From: the human T2T-CHM13v2.0 reference genome, Homo sapiens
Length of the DNA stretch: 64,000 nt
Assembly (NCBI RefSeq): GCF_009914755.1
Contig: NC_060925.1
Strand: one strand, 5' to 3'
This document shows positions 60,333-64,000 of the stretch, piece after piece (position 1 is the first letter of the stretch; the number at the start of each line of letters is the position of its first letter). The notes beneath the pieces are model-generated. The model ran no database searches and was not told the DNA's origin. It saw nothing but the letters and a program-made list of their open reading frames with translations. Made by a program: the position numbers and the translations under genes.

Positions 60333-60603
60333 ACAGGCACTTGGACTTACAGCGTTCGAAACAATCATACCAAATCTCAATTGCTAACTGTGACAATGAC
60401 CACTCGAGCAAGAAGCCCTACCACACTCCCAGTAATTGCAACTGCTCACATGAGTCAAAATACAGCTCATTACCCTAGCCCAGTGATTGTTTATGCATGA
60501 GTCAGTCAAGGGTTTCTTCCTGTTCTGGGAATCAATGTAACAGCCATTATAGAAAATGAAGAGGGACATCAAGTAACATTGGAGCTCTGGGACAATGGCG
60601 CAG
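60333..60603 (+). pseudogene. CLCA3P: CLCA3P exon 11 (271 nt, premature TGA at 60498-60500)
   Basis: ttcag|ACAGGC...GCAG|gtaat; TGTWTYS...PSPVIVYA*VSQGFLPVLGINVTAIIENEEGHQVTLELWDNGA. Confidence 0.93.
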
Positions 60604-61161
60604 GTAATAAGAATCTACATCAACTTCCACTAAACTTAAAATCCTCCTACAGTTCTATGACCTAGAAGTCAATATTTCCTGTATTTGCTAATGAATCATA
60701 TTTTTAAGTAAATGAAATTTAATCCTAATGTTTTAAAAACTTTTTTCTCAGTTATCTTGACAACTCATAGACATAGCACTTATGCCATTTTTAAATTTTA
60801 TGAACAATTTTGCTTTTTCCATGGAACTTAAGAGCACAATTTTTCTCTATTTTCATTAATGTCAGTGTTTCATATATGCTTTCTTCAGTTGCTTTTTCTT
60901 ATTTTGATAAGTATTTTTTATGAAATAATAGTAACAGCTAATATTAATTGAATCCCTTCCATGAATTAGACTTTTCCAAAAACACAGAGTTAGCAAGTGG
61001 CCCAAGCTTTCAACCAAAATAGTCTGATTCCAGAATTCATGTACTTAAAACGCTGTGCTACATACTATCTCCCAAATTACTAACATTATCAGTGTTCATA
61101 AACAGATATGACTGTCATTTTTACTTTATTGTATGACTAATTTTTACATTTCATTATCAAG

Positions 61162-61326
61162 GTGCTGATTCTGTCAAGAATGATGGCATCTACTCAAGGT
61201 ATTTTACAGATTACCATGGAAATGGTAGATACAGTTTAAAAGTGCTTACCCAGGCAAGAAAAAACACAGCTAGGCTAAGTCAACAACAGAATAAAGCTCT
61301 GTATGTACCGCGCTATGCTGAAAATG
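61162..61326 (+). pseudogene. CLCA3P: CLCA3P exon 12 (165 nt, region of the CLCA autocleavage site)
   Basis: caag|GTGCT...AATG|gtaagt; ADSVKNDGIYSRYFTDYHGNGRYSLKV...QNKALYVPRYAEN. Confidence 0.93.
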
Positions 61327-61818
61327 GTAAGTAGCACTAAAATAGAAATGTGTCACTTGTTTAGATAAATTCCATACGGCAAACATTGAAAATATAATGT
61401 ACTACAGAAAGCCCAAGTATATAACCTTGTAATCATCTGTATGTTTCAAAACCATGTTGATATTAGTAGACCTAGCATAGACCTATGTTTCCACATATTT
61501 TGTTCACATCTCCCTGAGTTCATTTCATTTACATTGAAAAAAAAATTACTGAGCACCTACTATGTTGCAAGCACTGTGCTTAGGTGCTAGAGCTACAAAG
61601 ACAAAACATAATCCTGTTCCTCAAAGAATTTGCAGTCAAGTAGTAGAGACAGAGAAGTTAAAAGATAGTTTTAACATAGCATAATGTTTCCTCATCAATT
61701 TTAAAATATGAATAAACAAGTGTTTTCTCAGTAAAAACTGTTACTTTTTCAATGTCTGCCAATCAATATTAAGCCTCTACAGCTGCAAGATCAGCTTGCA
61801 AGATGAATAGGCACCGCT

Positions 61819-62140
<322 letters not shown>

Positions 62141-62185
62141 AGTAGACATGGCAATATGAAATATTACAAAATTTTTTCTTGGTAG

Positions 62186-62425
62186 GAAAAATTATACTGA
62201 ACCCATCCAAACCTGAAGTCACAGATGATGTGGAAGGAGCTCAAACAGACGACTTCAGCAGACTCACCTCTGGAGGGTCGTTTACTGTATCAGGAGTGCC
62301 TCCTAATGGTAATCATTCTCAGGTGTTCTCACCTGGTAAAATTGTAGACCTCGAGGCTAAGTTTCAAGGAGATCATATTCAACTTTCATGGACTGCCCCT
62401 GGCAAGGTCCTCGATAAAGGAAGAG
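62186..62425 (+). pseudogene. CLCA3P: CLCA3P exon 13 (240 nt, start of FN3 region)
   Basis: gtag|GAAAA...AGAG|gtaagt; [11 protein letters not shown]...FSRLTSGGSFTV...IQLSWTAPGKVLDKGR. Confidence 0.93.
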
Positions 62426-64000
62426 GTAAGTTTGACATTACGTTTTAAAATATACTAAAAGAAATCCCATTGGCTTTCATTTGCTAAGAATTTTCTAATG
62501 GCCCATTTATAAATAACATTTATGAAGTGTCTACTATAGGCCATTTTTAAATTATTTTCAGATGTGAAAACTAAAGCTATAAGAGTTGATTGGACCAAGT
62601 TATTTCTATATTTAGTAACTTACAATTCTAACCCAGTCATGTCAGATTCTGTTATGCCAAACTATCTGTCAGAAATTGAAGCAGCTTAGAAATTACTTTG
62701 AGAGGACAGTTAACAGCTTTCTGTTGCATTATCTTCTCCCCAAATTTTAAGTATTTCTGTACTTGCACAGTTTCATTCATTTATCAACCTTCTGTTGAGC
62801 TTTCACACTATTAGAATCCTAAGAAATGATCCATACTCTCAACAGTCAATTAAGTACAGAAGACACACAAGTAAACAGATAATTACATAAAGTATAATAA
62901 GACATAAGCTTTTATAAACAGAGAATTATGTGGCAACCCATAGATGGGCCACAAACCCCTAGTTAGAGGTTAAAATCAGAGTATATTGTAAAGCCTTCCC
63001 AGAGAAGACTATCACTGAGTATTGAAGAATGAGAGTAGTTACCCAAGATAAGTGAAGGTGTCCACAGAGAGAGATGTTCATGTGCACAGAAATTCACTAG
63101 TTTGAAAGATTTGTTCATGGAGTTTGAATAAAGTTCAAGGTCAAAAGATCTCATTTATTCAAAGTTCCTAATGATAAATGACCCTCACTCCAAAAAGTTT
63201 AAATTACTTCTGTCATTGCTTGAAATTTAACTGAATTCAATCAGTATTTATTGAATGCCTACCATATTCCAGTATTACATAGGTTAGTAGATTTTTATGG
63301 GATAACGCCAGTCTTGCTATTTTCCCTTTAAGATTGGGAAAATGAAAGCAATATGCAATTTAGATATACATAATAGCTCAGAGATTGCCAGTGCTAAAAC
63401 ACCAGTGTTCCAGTACTCTTTCTCCTGGATTACAATAAACCCCATTGTACACTCTCAAAAGAAAAGATGCTTCTTAATCTTTCACTCACTATATAGCATT
63501 TTAAAAGCTGCATTTCTTATTATCATTATTATACAAGGAGAATATCATTCTAAAGTCAGAGGAAACAGAATATGCACAAACAGAGCTTTTGTATTTCAAT
63601 GTTGAAAATCTTATCATGACAGCTTTTTGCATACCTTATTTTCTCATGCTATGACCCTTAAACATATGGCAGAATCAAAAAAAGTGAAAAATACCATTGC
63701 CACTGAAAAAGCCACAAATGAAATTTCTTAACCAAATATTTAGTTCTATAGTGAATTCAGTAAAAACCAAGCTTTCAGTTCAAGATTGGGTTCATAATAA
63801 ATATCCCTCATGCTGATTATAAGAACTAAAAGTAGGAGTAATGTATAACCACAAATGCCTAAAATAGGTGGCATCTAATCTTTGTCTTTCCTTAGGAAAA
63901 ATAGGAAGAGGTATTGGTACCTGTTAAATGTTACCTGTAGATATTCCAAAGGTAAGATAGTAGCAGTATCTTAAAGAATAAATGAATGTCTATATAATCG

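Noticed and set aside
62426-64000. Loss of the last CLCA3P exon
   Set aside because: The window ends within intron 13, so absence here is not evidence of deletion.

Overview
Primate (human or great-ape-like) genomic DNA, not microbial. The right third (46319-62425, + strand) holds exons 1-13 of CLCA3P, the unprocessed pseudogene of the calcium-activated chloride channel regulator family. All introns between these exons are GT-AG, and the HExxH metalloprotease motif and the VWA DxSxS motif are intact. There are four disabling lesions: TAG at codon 84, TAG at codon 263, a 1-bp deletion in exon 10 and TGA in exon 11. The last exon presumably lies beyond the window. The left 46 kb is almost entirely transposon-derived: Alus, a full MST provirus, LTR8, MER50, THE1 and MER4-type LTRs, MADE1, a near full-length old L1MA-type element, and three L1PA copies that keep their 5' ends but have lost their 3' ends. 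The most notable points are: (1) an L1PA 5'UTR ends about 210 bp from the CLCA3P ATG, head-to-head, so its antisense promoter, ORF0 remnant and a phase-0 splice donor point into the gene and could form an in-frame ORF0-CLCA3 metalloprotease fusion that bypasses the codon-84 stop; (2) a deletion with a perfect 24-bp fold-back junction in the 13-kb L1 block upstream of the gene; (3) patchwork sharing of variants among the three L1PA copies, suggesting gene conversion; (4) several templated-insertion and fold-back scars, including a ~97-bp intronic hairpin. Repeat subfamily names come from recalled consensus sequences and need RepeatMasker/Dfam confirmation.
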